From Zygnema circumcarinatum SAG 698-1b (taxonomy: Eukaryota; Plantae; Zygnematophyceae), in assembly GCA_037447605.1 (NCBI GenBank), contig CM074813.1, positions 2,418,001 to 2,482,000 of the forward strand: DNA of 64,000 bases, read 5' to 3'. The number at the start of each line of letters is the position of its first letter. Position 1 is the stretch's first letter. Below are positions 1 through 12,400 of the stretch, one piece after another. The notes below the pieces were generated by a model. It had not been told where the DNA came from and searched no databases. It saw nothing but the letters and a program-made list of their open reading frames with translations. Both the position numbers and the translations under genes were made by a program.

Positions 1-578
1 CGTTAAATCTGAAGAATGTTTGGAATTCTAGAAGAAAAATCAACTTTTCAACAACAGCGTAATCTAGAAGGATCAACTATGTAAATATTTCCGATTCCAA
101 GGAACACAGAGTGGGAAGATTTTACGACAACCCTGACCGTGAAAACTCTCAAGACGGTCAGTGAATTTTATTTGGCAAAAATTTTGAGCTAATACAAAAT
201 GCACGGACGGACCAAGAAATGTAATAACTCCTATCTGTTCCTCTCTAAAGTGGTCACTTTCCACCGTCCTTCGCCTTCAAGGGCAAATATCTGCTCCATT
301 ACTAAGTCTCCACCTGCAATCACTCCCTCGAACCACATTCCCTCCATATTCTTTCCTTTCCCTACACTCTTTCAATGCTTCAAAACTAGAAAAAGCGCGT
401 CAGGAGAAGCGCGCATTGCTCTCGCTTTACCTTGAGAACCGCGAGAGGGATTTTGGAGCGATATCGGAGGTTTCGGACTGTGAAGAGGAGGCGGAGCAGC
501 ACCACGGCTGAGGCGAGCCCTTCTCCCGCTTCTCCTTCCGCGGGGGCTGTGACCAAAAAGAGGCCGCGGGCCGCCGCC

Positions 579-2460
579 ATGCCTCTCCCTACTCAGGCGT
601 CCGAGCGCGAGGATGGCCGCAAGATTGCAATCGCGGTCGACCTGAGCGACGAGAGCGCGCATGCAGTTCGCTGGGCTGTTGCGAATTATCTTCGCCCTGG
701 GGATCAGGTGATTGCAATGGAGGCTTCCTTTCGACTCTCTCTTAGTGGCAGTTGCAGACTCGTCGTGCACTTTTACCAAGCAATGAGCTTTTTGTGAATT
801 TGGGATTTAATGGTTTAATATTTGATGAGGCTGGAGAGAGTGAAATCTGCATTATGCTTGTTTGGCGAGGGAGGGTGGGAGTGTGGGGTGGGGGATGGAG
901 CGGGCTTGTTCGAGGCCTGTTATCGTTCTTCTTTGGTTTCCAATGCTGCGTCCATAGAAATTTCTTGTGGGATGTTGGAGGCTGACGTGTCAGGCCCTGT
1001 GGCCGTTATTTACCAGTCGTAGTCCAATGTAGAGATGACAACAGCAGCGAAGAGCTGCGTGCATGCATTGAACGAGGGAATGCATGCAGGCTGAAAGTGT
1101 GCTTTGACCTTTCGTTAGGTTACAGAACAATGAAGAGATTAAGGTAGGATGACTGGCTGGAGGTCGAGGTATCGCACTGTAGTAAAATGTTAGCCAAGCA
1201 TTTTAGGACTGGTTACGCCAGTTTTCACGAACGACTTGGAGAATTATTTGGTTTCTAAGAAAGCATATATGGTCGCAATGTCATGCAGTGTTTAGTTTCA
1301 TTACGGAAGGTTAACAATTATGTTATCAAGGGACCGTGAACAGGTGATAATCCTGCATGTTCGCCCAACCTCAGTACTGTATGGGGCTGACTGGGGAGCA
1401 TCGGATTCAGTACTCGCCGCTGACAAAGATGCCACTCAAAAGCTGGAAGATGAGTTCGACTCGTTCACAACAACCAAGAGTGAAGAGCTTGCGAAACCTC
1501 TCGTGGAAGCAAACATTCCATTTCAGATCAAAATTGTGAAGGACCATGACATGAAGGAGCGTCTATGTTTGGAGGTGAGAGAAAGTGACTTTTTCTAGCG
1601 GACCTTGAGTTTGGGGGGTTTAATTTTCCTTATCGTTACTCTACATATGGACGACTGCTCCTATTGAATACCATTACGATTTTTCTGTGGAAAACTCTGT
1701 TTTGACAATATGTAAAATTCAATCTACTTTCATGGCTTTGGGACACAGGTGGAGAGGTTGCGTGTCAGTGCCTGTATCATGGGGAGCCGCGGTTTTGGAG
1801 CCGAGAAGCGTTCACGCAAGGCCAGGCTCGGCAGTGTTAGCGACTATTGTGTCCATCATTGTGAGTTCACCCGCCCTGGCTTTGTACACCGGAAGTGCAA
1901 ATGCATTTCGAGTTTTTATTTGATGTATGGGTGACTTGGTACCAAGCCAGATGCGTTTCTTCATTCCAAACCGCGTGTCTGAATCATTAGCCTGGAATAT
2001 CGTTTGGAATGATTTAGCCAACTCTCCTTTGCATTTTGTTCCCGTTTTGCCCGCCCTTCCTGGCTGTTGAAGAAGCCGGCGGAGAGTATATCTGCGTGTA
2101 GGTTGTTAAGGACTTGAAAGCGATTAGAACAGTAGAACCACGGGATCCCTCGTGTCGCAGAAAGGCGGACTTGTCCCTGTTAAGTCCAGTTTTTTGGTAT
2201 TTGTACTGGGAGCTAGTTGCAAGATTAAAACTTACTCATGCAGGTTATGATTATGAATTTGAAACACCCCTACGAACCCCTCCCCTTATAGGCCACTTAT
2301 GGCACAGCTCAGTCTGACGCACATCGGGTGGCGTGATGGCATTGCGGCAGGTGACTGCCCCGTTGTGGTGGTGAGAATGCCGGAGGCTGAAGGCTTACAT
2401 GCAAAGATTCCCAGAGTGGAGATAACCTCAGTCCCAGAGGAGGAGGAAATCAACGGCTGA
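579..2460 (+). CDS. Universal stress protein (UspA domain), PHOS32/PHOS34-like; exons 579-707, 1344-1574, 1749-1860, 2351-2460
   Basis: Spliced translation gives RKIAIAVDLSDESAHAVRWAV..VIILHVRPTSVLYGADWG..KIVKDHDMKERLCLEVERL..IMGSRGFGA..LGSVSDYCVHHCDCPVVVVR, the plant USP signature. GT-AG junctions keep the frame to TGA at 2458-2460. Confidence 0.93.
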
Positions 2461-3033
2461 GGACTGTGATGAGCACATGGAGAGGTAGTTCCTGTTCCAT
2501 GTTTTGGAGGGAAAGACCTTCTCCAGTAGAACCGGGTTACACATTTGGGAAGTGCAATGTGGCGCGCGCTGTATTACACTTTTGAAGGGGGCGGGCTGTG
2601 GAGGCTCGTGATGGAACGACGTTTAGGCGAATTTTTTCATAACTGTTTACCAAATGTGTTTTTGACTGAAGGATAGGTGAGAGGGTAATAAGATAGAAAT
2701 GTCGGGTAGCTTCTTTAGCTCCTTGGAGGGCTTGTTTGTTGAGATAGCTTTTGTAACGAAGGAATGGATGGCACATGCATATGGCACAAGCATCATGTTC
2801 TTTCCAATGGGAACCTATGCCATAGGAGGAATGATGGATAGCATGACATATGCATCTTTGCTACCTGCTCACATGTACATCGATAGCAGTAGAAAGGGCC
2901 CCTTGACTTCACCCACATCTCACGCTGTAAAAGCTCCTAAAAAAAGCCTTGCAGCACAAATGGAAACATTTCCAACTTGCAGCACAAATGGCAATATTTT
3001 CAGTAACTGATAACATGCATGGCATGCTGTATT

Positions 3034-6000
3034 TTACTCTTCCTTTTTCAGCTTTGGCAACCTCGGAGCTGGTAGAAGTAGGCCCAAAATTACGATTGCC
3101 ACGGGAAGAAATGTGCCTATAAAATACACTCCTCTACAGGCCAAGATAGTGTCATGACTGCTAAGAAGCTGCAAGCACAAAACACCAAAGGTTCCAAAAC
3201 ACAATTAGTTTTTCTCTTTTGTCCTGACACGTTGCTTATGTCTCAGTTGTCATGTTTGGAAACAAGAACTAACATGATCAGTCTTCTGGTGGGTAAACAG
3301 TGCACATCTCTCCTGCCATATAAAAATGTAATCCCTTAAGTTCACATGCACGAGGACCTTCCCGACCCCTTCAACGAACAAACTGTACATGCAAAGAAGG
3401 AAAACTGCACGTACCACAAAGCCAATAGCGGAATAGTCATTTACAAAGCCGGCATAGATGCCGTGTGCTACTTTTGCGATAAGCTGAAGTCCTTTCATTT
3501 TTGCAGGGATGGCTCTCTGATAGCGGTATATGACTGTGCCGCACCATCAACAAGCAATACATTATTGATGCTACGTTTCAGCAAGACGGATTCAGTGTTA
3601 GAACGTCGACCTCACCTTCCTTCCTCCGTCCCTCCTGTTCCACTCATCACCTCTCCCACACTCGCCCCCCATTCCCCCCCCTGCAGTTTCCCCCCTCTCG
3701 TCTCTCGTCTCTCCCCCACTTCAACAGTTTCTTTCTTGAGGGGACACTTGCTAAAAATAAACGCCGATGGTGACCTGATAAGGTGGTGATGGGAAGTGAC
3801 GATAAGTGTCTTCTTAGATTATAGCGGTGGTAAGTCACCACCTACATAAGTACCTACATCAGTCTGGCATAATGCATAGGATTCTCACCTTTGGAGCCTG
3901 AAATCATAACGGCGGTATGAACAAAGTAAAAAAGGTAGCCAGGATACAGTCCCTGCAGAAACAGCAGCAAAACTTCATCAGTCAACAATCCTCAATCTTT
4001 CGCACCAACGAAGTCGAAAGGAGCAATTGACATATGGAAAGGGAGGGAAATCATGTATGAAGCATAATCAGACAAGAAAACGGAATGGAAAGATCTATTG
4101 AAATTAACTGGAGAACAAGAAGATGTGTTATAAACAAGTCGCCAAAAAGCAAATAACAAGTGACTTCTGACAAGAGGAATTTTGAGAACAACAGATGTGA
4201 AACAGAGAACGGATTCCGGTGAGGTGCCTGCCGGTGAGACTCAGGCAGAGACTTCTGCACGGTGAGAACATGGGCAGACAAAAGGAAATTCAAGCAAGGG
4301 TGCAAGCAGGACTTACATGCCAGACAGCGCTCACAACCTGTGTGATCATAAGCTCCCAGAAACCAGGCTTCTTCCCTTTTGGTGTAAGCCGCTCGTAGAC
4401 ATCTTCTCAGCGATGGAGGTCAAAGAAACACAGTTTGCAAAACCCTAAGTGCTGCAGAAAACTATGTAGCATTACTTTTACTCCGATATTAAGGTCAACG
4501 CGGACTCTCAATATGTCTAACCTTCACTAACGATCAATCTCCACAAACTGGGTAGGCTATAAGCCGTGGGTTACATTTAACCAGGACACAACACAGGAAG
4601 ATGAAGTGTCAATTAAGTAGAGGGTATAGGAACATCCAGCCATTGCATCAACACACACAAGAGTGAGCTGAAACGAACTAAGTCGCCATTCGCTGTGACT
4701 GGGCTTGCAATTCACGCGATCAGTTCACACTACCCAACTGTATCCCCATTGGCATAAGCCCCTCTCAATCACATGTCAGCACAACAAAAAACTGGTTATG
4801 GATACAGAAACGAAGCCAGTTGCCCACGGAAATGTTCCAGTTCAGTGGGAACTTATGAGCGCTATCTGCCAGCTCAACACCCAGTATATTGTAGTTCTTC
4901 GCCCTATCCCACGTCGATACCGTGACTTCCTTTCCATGTTCCTTCACCTTCTTCCAGCCACAGAATCCTAAACCCGACAAAACCAGCGCACACTCTGATA
5001 TGCTCCAAATGAAGTAGTATTTCCAACGTGTCCAGACGCAGGCAATGTACATGTAGAAGAAGCACAGCCATGGTGGAGATGCCTGGTACTGGGAACTGCT
5101 GAAGTAGTCAAGGTCAACAAACTTTCCTAAGGTAACGTAGAATACAACAGAAAGTAAAGCCTTTGCAAGTGCCAGTCCTGCGACCTTGAAAGGTATGGGT
5201 GGGGGGTCTGCCTGTTTCGGGTTCCAGTCCTGGAAAAATTACACGAAAGATAAAAGCGTTGTGATGCTCAAGGAGATAAGCACTAGTGAGTTTGGCAAGC
5301 AGGCACTACAGGCTTCACAAAAAAACTTCTGAGTCATAGTTGGAAACTGAAAAGGACAGATCCATGAGTAGCGACCTCCTCACCCCCTCAAATCGCTGCC
5401 AATTCAGATAATCTTTAAATCCATAGACTGGTCCTGCTAGGTGAGTCCCACAACAGAGCGTGAAACCGAGAAATTCGAGGAGCGAGGGCAGCTCGTTTAT
5501 GCGGTTTTGTTTCTGAGCTTCCTTACAGTTCTCCTCTAGCAATAGTCCGTCCTGGTAATCAGTTGTGACAGAAATGGCTTTAAGAGTCAAAATCATAAGG
5601 GCTCCTGTAAAAATTGAGAAGAAGCATTAAAGTAAGCGCAAGCTTAGATTGGACCAGCATGCACAGATCGGCGGTGCAACAACACAGATACAAGGGAGGT
5701 TTAAGGTGAAACATCAAGAGTCAATCTGGCTAACTTCTAGCAAAATGCAAAATTCCCCAAAAAGGGAAGTTGGAGCGGAACTTTACTAACAAATACTGGA
5801 AGCAGTTACTGACGATAAAAAGGTTGTTTCAGTGTCCAAACACAAATCAGGTCTTCAAAGACTCCTTCAGCCTTCATGCCCTACTGCTTCGACGTTTGCC
5901 CATGGATCTCAATAGGACAACTTTAGTCTGCTGAACTTGGCATCCAAATCCAAGTCAACATCCAAAGATAATAAACAATCACGTTACTTTGTAAGTTAAC

Positions 6001-7643
6001 TGCGTCTACAAAATATATTTAACACCTTCAGAGTTCAACAACTTTCCATCCCAAACATACTAACTCATGCTCAATCCAGAAAGGGCAACTCCAAACTGAC
6101 AGTTCATGGAAAGTTCTTTCATAATCAAGTCAGTCAATATCAAGTTCAAGAAAATCATACCGTACTTCACATTTTATTTGAATCCCAGCATCATGTGCTT
6201 TAAATGTAACAAAGATCCGTCATGCTAATGGTCAAATTTGGCAATGCTTAAGGAAATTTGAATTCTGTCATGAAAGTAGCATAAGGAGGCTCCAGTTTTC
6301 ATCAGTGCAACTCAGCACTAAAGTTTCAAGCATTTCTGAGGCATGCTCGCTCGAAAAGGCTTACAATGCCAAACTCGAAGTGGACTATCTTCCTTAAAGA
6401 ATATTTTTCCTTAAACAATTCAACGTTAGAAGAGCCATGTAAAATGATGGCATCGCCATCGTCATGTCAATGCCAAATCTTATTCTTTAGAAGAGCTGGT
6501 ACTCTAGTTCTTGGATACACGGCAAAGGAGGAGAATCGAAAGCGGACTGTATACTGTTGATTGTGGATTGTTTTACGCCGTCCTAAACGGACACATCACG
6601 TCTTGCCAAAAAAAGCAAACTACCTTCCCAAAAAGGACTTAGGAAAGGATGTTCTAAGCTCAATGGCAAGCGCAAGTATCCTCACCTGTAAAGTCAATGC
6701 CTCCCTCTTTCCAAGCATCTCCACTCATGTACTTCGCGTGGCTGCAGATAAAATTCAAAACTAAGTTAAGTGTTCGAATATCGTCTACTCACACAGTCAA
6801 AGGTTTACTAAGGAAGGAGAATTCACAAAACGATAAGGTGAGGCTATGGCAAGAGCGAAGGAATAACAACCAAACCTCTGTACCGCGACGCTACAATGAA
6901 AACAAGATTCAAAATGTGTGAAAGAATGACGATGGATTATTGCTTCAGCATCGTCAACGAGAAATCAGCAGATTTTTTTTAGATCAAGCTAAAAACAAGC
7001 ATGGAATCGAAGCCACAGGTAAAGAAATAACCAGTTTTTACTACGAAACCAAAAGAAATATTGACTCCATAAATCTCTGGGATTTCATTTCACTTGTCGC
7101 TTGAGAACTGAAAAGGCCCCTATAAAACATTTCCCTTTTGGAATGACGGAGACAAGCCTTAGAGAGCTTAGAAGTGAAACATTTAATTTCATTTCGTCAA
7201 AAAGGCAGCCAGAGATGCATCCATCGAATAAAATCTCCCATTTTCAGGCCAGAAAGAAGGTCGATATCTTGTACTGAAGGAACATAAGAAAGTGGGCGTA
7301 TTTCCAGCTCTACCAAGTCCGTACTTAAACGAATGGCCTCTTACCATGCAATCAGGAACGTAAAAGTTCCAAGAAAAGTGATCAGACGGCAATGCTTACG
7401 AGCCAAAAGCATGGACGCATATGCTATAAAAAGCGTGACAGCAAAGTGGAGGTTTGCAGTAGCTCCAAATGCATAGTACGAGAGCACTGCGCCTGTAAGA
7501 GCAGCAAAAGCATGGCGAGCTGACACGTTGATGATGAAACGGTGGACGTAGCTACACGGTACACTTGCCGAAAAAGCCAGCAAGAATCGGCCGACAGCTG
7601 GTGATATGCCAAGAAAGCTGAGCGCATCGTCATAGAGAGACAT
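3034..7643 (-). CDS. MBOAT-family lysophospholipid acyltransferase (LPLAT/LPCAT-like); exons 7643-7345, 6741-6686, 5604-5384, 5229-4806, 4402-4317, 3952-3889, 3533-3415, 3168-3034
   Basis: Motifs MSGDAWKEGGIDFTGALMILTLK, RWKYYFIWSISE, WNISVGNWLR and VSAVWHGLYPGY (MBOAT catalytic His). C-terminal KKEE ER-retrieval signal. GT-AG introns preserve the frame. Confidence 0.93.
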
Positions 7644-8072
7644 TCTCAAGCTTGCACTCAGTTTCACGACTCCTCTGTCTCCTCTGTCTGCGAATGCCTA
7701 AACAGTACCTATCACAGACCTGTCAATTTCCCATTCAGAAGCAGCGAACAGCCGACACACCGCACAGCCAGCTCAGTACAGCTGCTGCCGAGTGACTGAC
7801 TGTTATAATATAAGCCGTGGGCGCCCTCGGCCGCAGGAGAACAGGGCCGGAGTGGGGCCATCCAGCAAATTCACAGCTTTCATGAAACTATTAGCAATTT
7901 TGGCCCTCCACACTTTTTACAGAACCGCACGTGCCAGTTGCGTTTCTGTTCAATAAGTTAGCGTGAAACGGTTCCTCTCAACGAGCATGTTCGCCGTCGC
8001 CCACAACACGGAAAAGGACACGTGGCCGAATTTTACAAAACCGAACGGAAGATACCTCCTCCGTAAAGAGTT

Positions 8073-8645
8073 CCGTAAAACCGAACAAGTTGAAAAATCG
8101 TTAAATGAGTTTACTTAATTTCTCGATTTTCAATCTTATCGAATAGGGCTGAACTTTGAACACTCGAGGTCGAAACTTTTTCGATTTAAGAAGGCGAAAG
8201 GTTTTAAGAAAAAAGTTCAAAGAATCAATGTGTTCTGTCGCAAATGTGGATTCCAATTTTTGCCACGTTGGTTCCGTGCGATCCGAGGGATCCGGTTAAC
8301 CCGAGCGCCTTTTTTGCCGTACGACTCTTCAGGCTAGCTGATCAACAATTTCTGTATGAACCTTCGGGTCCACGCGCTTTGCGATCCGCTAAAATCTTAT
8401 TGTTGATCGGTGGAACCAAGGAAAACTCAAATTGAACACGAACGATAACTAAATGTTCAATGTTCAATTGGTTTTAGATAAAAATTGTATTGAGAAAAAA
8501 AACTAGGAATTCATTTCTCATTTCTCAAAATGAATCGTGTTCACAATTATAAAGTTTTTTTTTGAGAAACTGGTTTTGAAAGTTTTCTTTTTTGAGAAGC
8601 CAAAATCTTTAATTTCTTTTTTTCTCAACCTGTTCGGTTTTACGG
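8073..8645. mobile_element. Putative non-autonomous TIR element (MITE-like), AT-rich interior
   Basis: Perfect 15-bp inverted repeat CCGTAAAACCGAACA (8073-8087) / TGTTCGGTTTTACGG (8631-8645), extending imperfectly to about 8055-8097 vs 8621-8662. Right flank is TA, left flank is TT. Confidence 0.5.
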
Positions 8646-9442
8646 TACTCTTGTGCAGGAGGATCGTGATGTCACCAGAGTACGCATTCTAGTACCGTAT
8701 CCAGCTGTCCTTTCTTCAGGAATCCTCACGATTTTTTTTTCAAGTCTGACATGCCTTGATGGACGCGTGGCGTAATCCGTACGCCATTACTGTACGGTAT
8801 GATGCCACGCGTCACGTCAAGAAATCACGTTGACGCGGACGTTACCATACCGTACGGTACGTGTCGTCCTTTTTTCCCGTACACGTGTATGGCGCAGATT
8901 TCCGCATTCTCGAACATTTTGCGGTATCTCCGTACACTTCACGCGGAACATACATGACGTAAGAAAACACGCTTATACCGTCACCAACTCATACTTAACG
9001 CGTACGTCACGCAAACAGTGACGTGAGAGTTACAGTAGGGACGCACGTCACCCTCCATACTTTACCGTACTATACAGTACGGAATAAAAGTACGAATATG
9101 TACGTGTCAGTACGGACAAGATCCAAGACCGGTGCGGTGGCCGGCTGCAGATCGCAGATGGATCGGCGCAGCAGTGGCAGGTAGCGCTGGCAAGGAAGGA
9201 AAGGAAAGGACGGCCATGGCCATGGCGCCTGCGGGACACAGGACCACTATTGGTACAGGATTGGTGTTGGCCACGCTCGGAACCAACTGTTAGGGGAAGG
9301 TAGCAGCGCTGGACAGGGCCGTGCTCTGCGGCCCCGCCTGTTTCACTGCAGGCGTTTGCGGATTACAAGAGCTTCAAGAGTTTTTAGGGTTGCATTGCCT
9401 TAGGGTTTGCTTGGACGAGGGCCGTTGGCTTTCGGAGGAAGC

Positions 9443-12400
9443 ATGACCTTTTTTGGCAGGCCGAAGCGTGTGGTGAGGCATGAGAGTCACCGGCCGTCAG
9501 TGCTGGAGTCGGTTCTTAAGGGCCAGATAACAGGGCGGTCGTGCAAGTCGCTCCGGAAGCTGCCGCCTGCAATTTATCAGCGATTGCAGACGTCCACAAA
9601 TGGAATGGTGCAGCTTCTTACGGACTTAGAGCGCCACCTTGTTGCAAATGATTTGGAATCATGCAAGCGCAGTTTAGGAGCAGTATTGCGACAGGTCAGC
9701 GAAAGCACCAGTACATCTCACCAGGCCAACAAGGAGGCCTTTGTGCTTCTTGGCGGAGAGACGGTCTTGATCAAAGCTCTTTCTTCTCCTTTCACTCCTA
9801 CCAAGAACAGGTTTACATCTGCTGCTGGAAGGTCTGGCCAGGGAGGCATGCGGAGGTCCATAGCAGGACGCTTTCGCATGGGTGATGCGGGTGTTCCTGT
9901 TCGAGAGGAGGCTGGCCTTCCTTCTTCCTTGCAGCTTATGCAGAACGAGGGACTTACAGTACTTCGAGAGCTGTGTTTCTCAACGCCTTTCTTTTCTGAA
10001 TCCCTTGCTGTACAACGGGACTTCCTCATTCAACTGTTTGCCTTGATGGAAAGCAGCACCACTTTTGATAACGGTATGTAACATAGACTTATCTCATTCG
10101 TGAAAGCAGCTTTATCTTCTTGTTTATCTGAAGGTTGTGTTAGGCTTGCCGGAAGTGTAATTCCGTGAGACGGTGCGGCTATACTGCATATTTTTTGGTT
10201 ACTGCCGTTGAGACAACATGGTCTGTTAATGATGCTCATCGTCGCGTGTCATGCACGATAAGAAGGCTCTGCCTGAATGAATATCGAACAGACAAGCGAT
10301 GGGAGTGTGCTGTTGATACAAACAACACCAGATTTTTTGAACGGCAAGGATTTTGTGCTTTGCTATGTCTGAGCGTGATTTATAGGTCATTCATTTAAAG
10401 TCTAAGCATGTAAGTGACAGGGAGAGCACTTGTCACATGTCTCAGCCTTCGAGAGGGAGTAGCGTAACTGCTAGAGCACAAATTGCATGGGTCGTCCCTG
10501 TCCTCTGCGGTTACTCGCTGGCAGGAAAACGTCGGCGTGCGATGAGCACATCAAAACTTCCAGTACGAGGCTCTGAAGACTGCATGTTGATGTCTTGGTT
10601 TTTGCAGCTGTGGGATTGGCTGAAGAAATTTTGGCAGTTCGTGAAGAGACTCTCAGCCTCCAAGATGTTCCCAACTTCCGTAAGCTGGTTTGCTCATTAT
10701 CTTCTCGACAGCTGGCATTCTTCTGCCGAGTGCTAGCCATGGTTGTTTTCGAGCCTGAGGTCAGTATTCACAAGCTCCCTGACCTAAGTAACAAATGCCT
10801 GTCGTATTTTGTTCAATGGTGCCTACTGCAAGGGACCACCAGCATTGGCAGGTCACTCCAGGAAAAAAGGGATCAAAATAGATTTCTACAATCTGAGCTT
10901 TAAAACATTGTGTTGAATCCAACCTTTTGCAGCTGAGTCAGGTCTTCTTTTCTTGGTATTGTTTCACGTAAGATGTTCTTTGCCGGCTTGAGTGGTCGCC
11001 CGATCCAAAGAAAACCTGTTTTTTTTCAGTTATAGGGGCTGTTTGCGTGTCTGTGGTAATGGTTGATGTATTGTTTGAAAGAGATATCTATGGCCTTATA
11101 TTTGTGCCCTCAAGTTTTGGATCATATTGGTTATCTTTGTTGCAGGATCGATCACCTGAAATCTCAGTGGCCCAGAAAGGACAGAATGGCTTTTGGGAGG
11201 CATCTTCTCGGTCCGATAAAGAACAGGATTGGGCTGTGGCCGATCTAAATCATGATGTGATACTAGAGATTCCTGAGATTTTGCCACGTCTGGTGAAGCT
11301 ACTGCAAGTCAAAGAAATGCCCTTCAGTAACCAGGTGAGGCCGATATTGTAAGCATGTTGTGTTCCTGTGGAGAATGACGCTGGGCTATTGTGAACAAAT
11401 GAACAATGGCTGCATTCGACGATTGATTTGACGGTTGATTGGCGTTCTTTGCCTGGTTCAGTAGTATCTCTGGATAGTTTTTTTGCGGTGTAAGTACTCT
11501 TTGCATGATGTCTCACTCTCATCCAAGAAGTCTTAGTGAGCGTGCAGATTCTGGACAGGTTGCTTTGTCCTTCAGATTCATCTGAGATTTTTATGAATTA
11601 CGGTGGCTTCAAAAAACCGTAGTTTTGTCACGTGTTTCCTTTCGTATCTGAAATCTTGAGCACTTATTTTACGCTACCTTTCCAGTTTGAGGCCTTCCAG
11701 GAACACGCCACCGGCCATTGGCATAATGCCGACGGGGAATGGCAGCCGCTTCTCGGTCCTCACTTGGCGTCAGAACATGCCTATTGGGAGGACCTCGATG
11801 AAGATATGGCTGCAGCTGACGAGGAAGATGCTGCTGCTGCTGCATTGGCCGGCACAACACTTGGCATGCTTGGCTTAGACTCTGGTGGTGCTTCCGATGC
11901 AGCACGGGCCCCTGGTGGTCTTCTTTGGAACTGGGGAACAGGGCCTCGAAATGGGGAGGGAGGAACGGGTGTGGTGGGAGGTAATGGAGCGAACATCTCA
12001 TGGCCAGCTACACTGAACGGTGGAAGGGCTCAAATTCATGGTGGTGAGACGCATGGAGGTATGAAGATCTGCCTGTGTCATTGACCTGTTTATTTTTTAT
12101 TTTTTTCGGAGATTTCTGCAATTGATTTCTTTTTTGATCAATGGAGTAGAGGTTGTTGCAGCAAAGGTTACTCACGTGGTTTCCTCTTACGTGGCAGATA
12201 TTTTCGATGGGATTGGTCGCCCATACTCCCCACCAAGTACAATGGGCAATCCAGAAGCTAGAGCTGCCTCAATGTTGATGCAGTGGCCGAGGGATTCCAA
12301 TTCAATCGAACCAGCAGGTGATGTTGTACAACATTGGCAAGGACGCCCGCCATTCGACGACTCAGGCATGGTTAGGAGTCATGGAGAGGGGCAGAGAAAT

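Noticed and set aside
9380-9410. TTTAGGGTT/AAACCCTA motifs (also near 25828, 30530, 44610, 45730)
   Set aside because: Isolated telo-box-like copies, not telomeric arrays; function cannot be supported from sequence alone.
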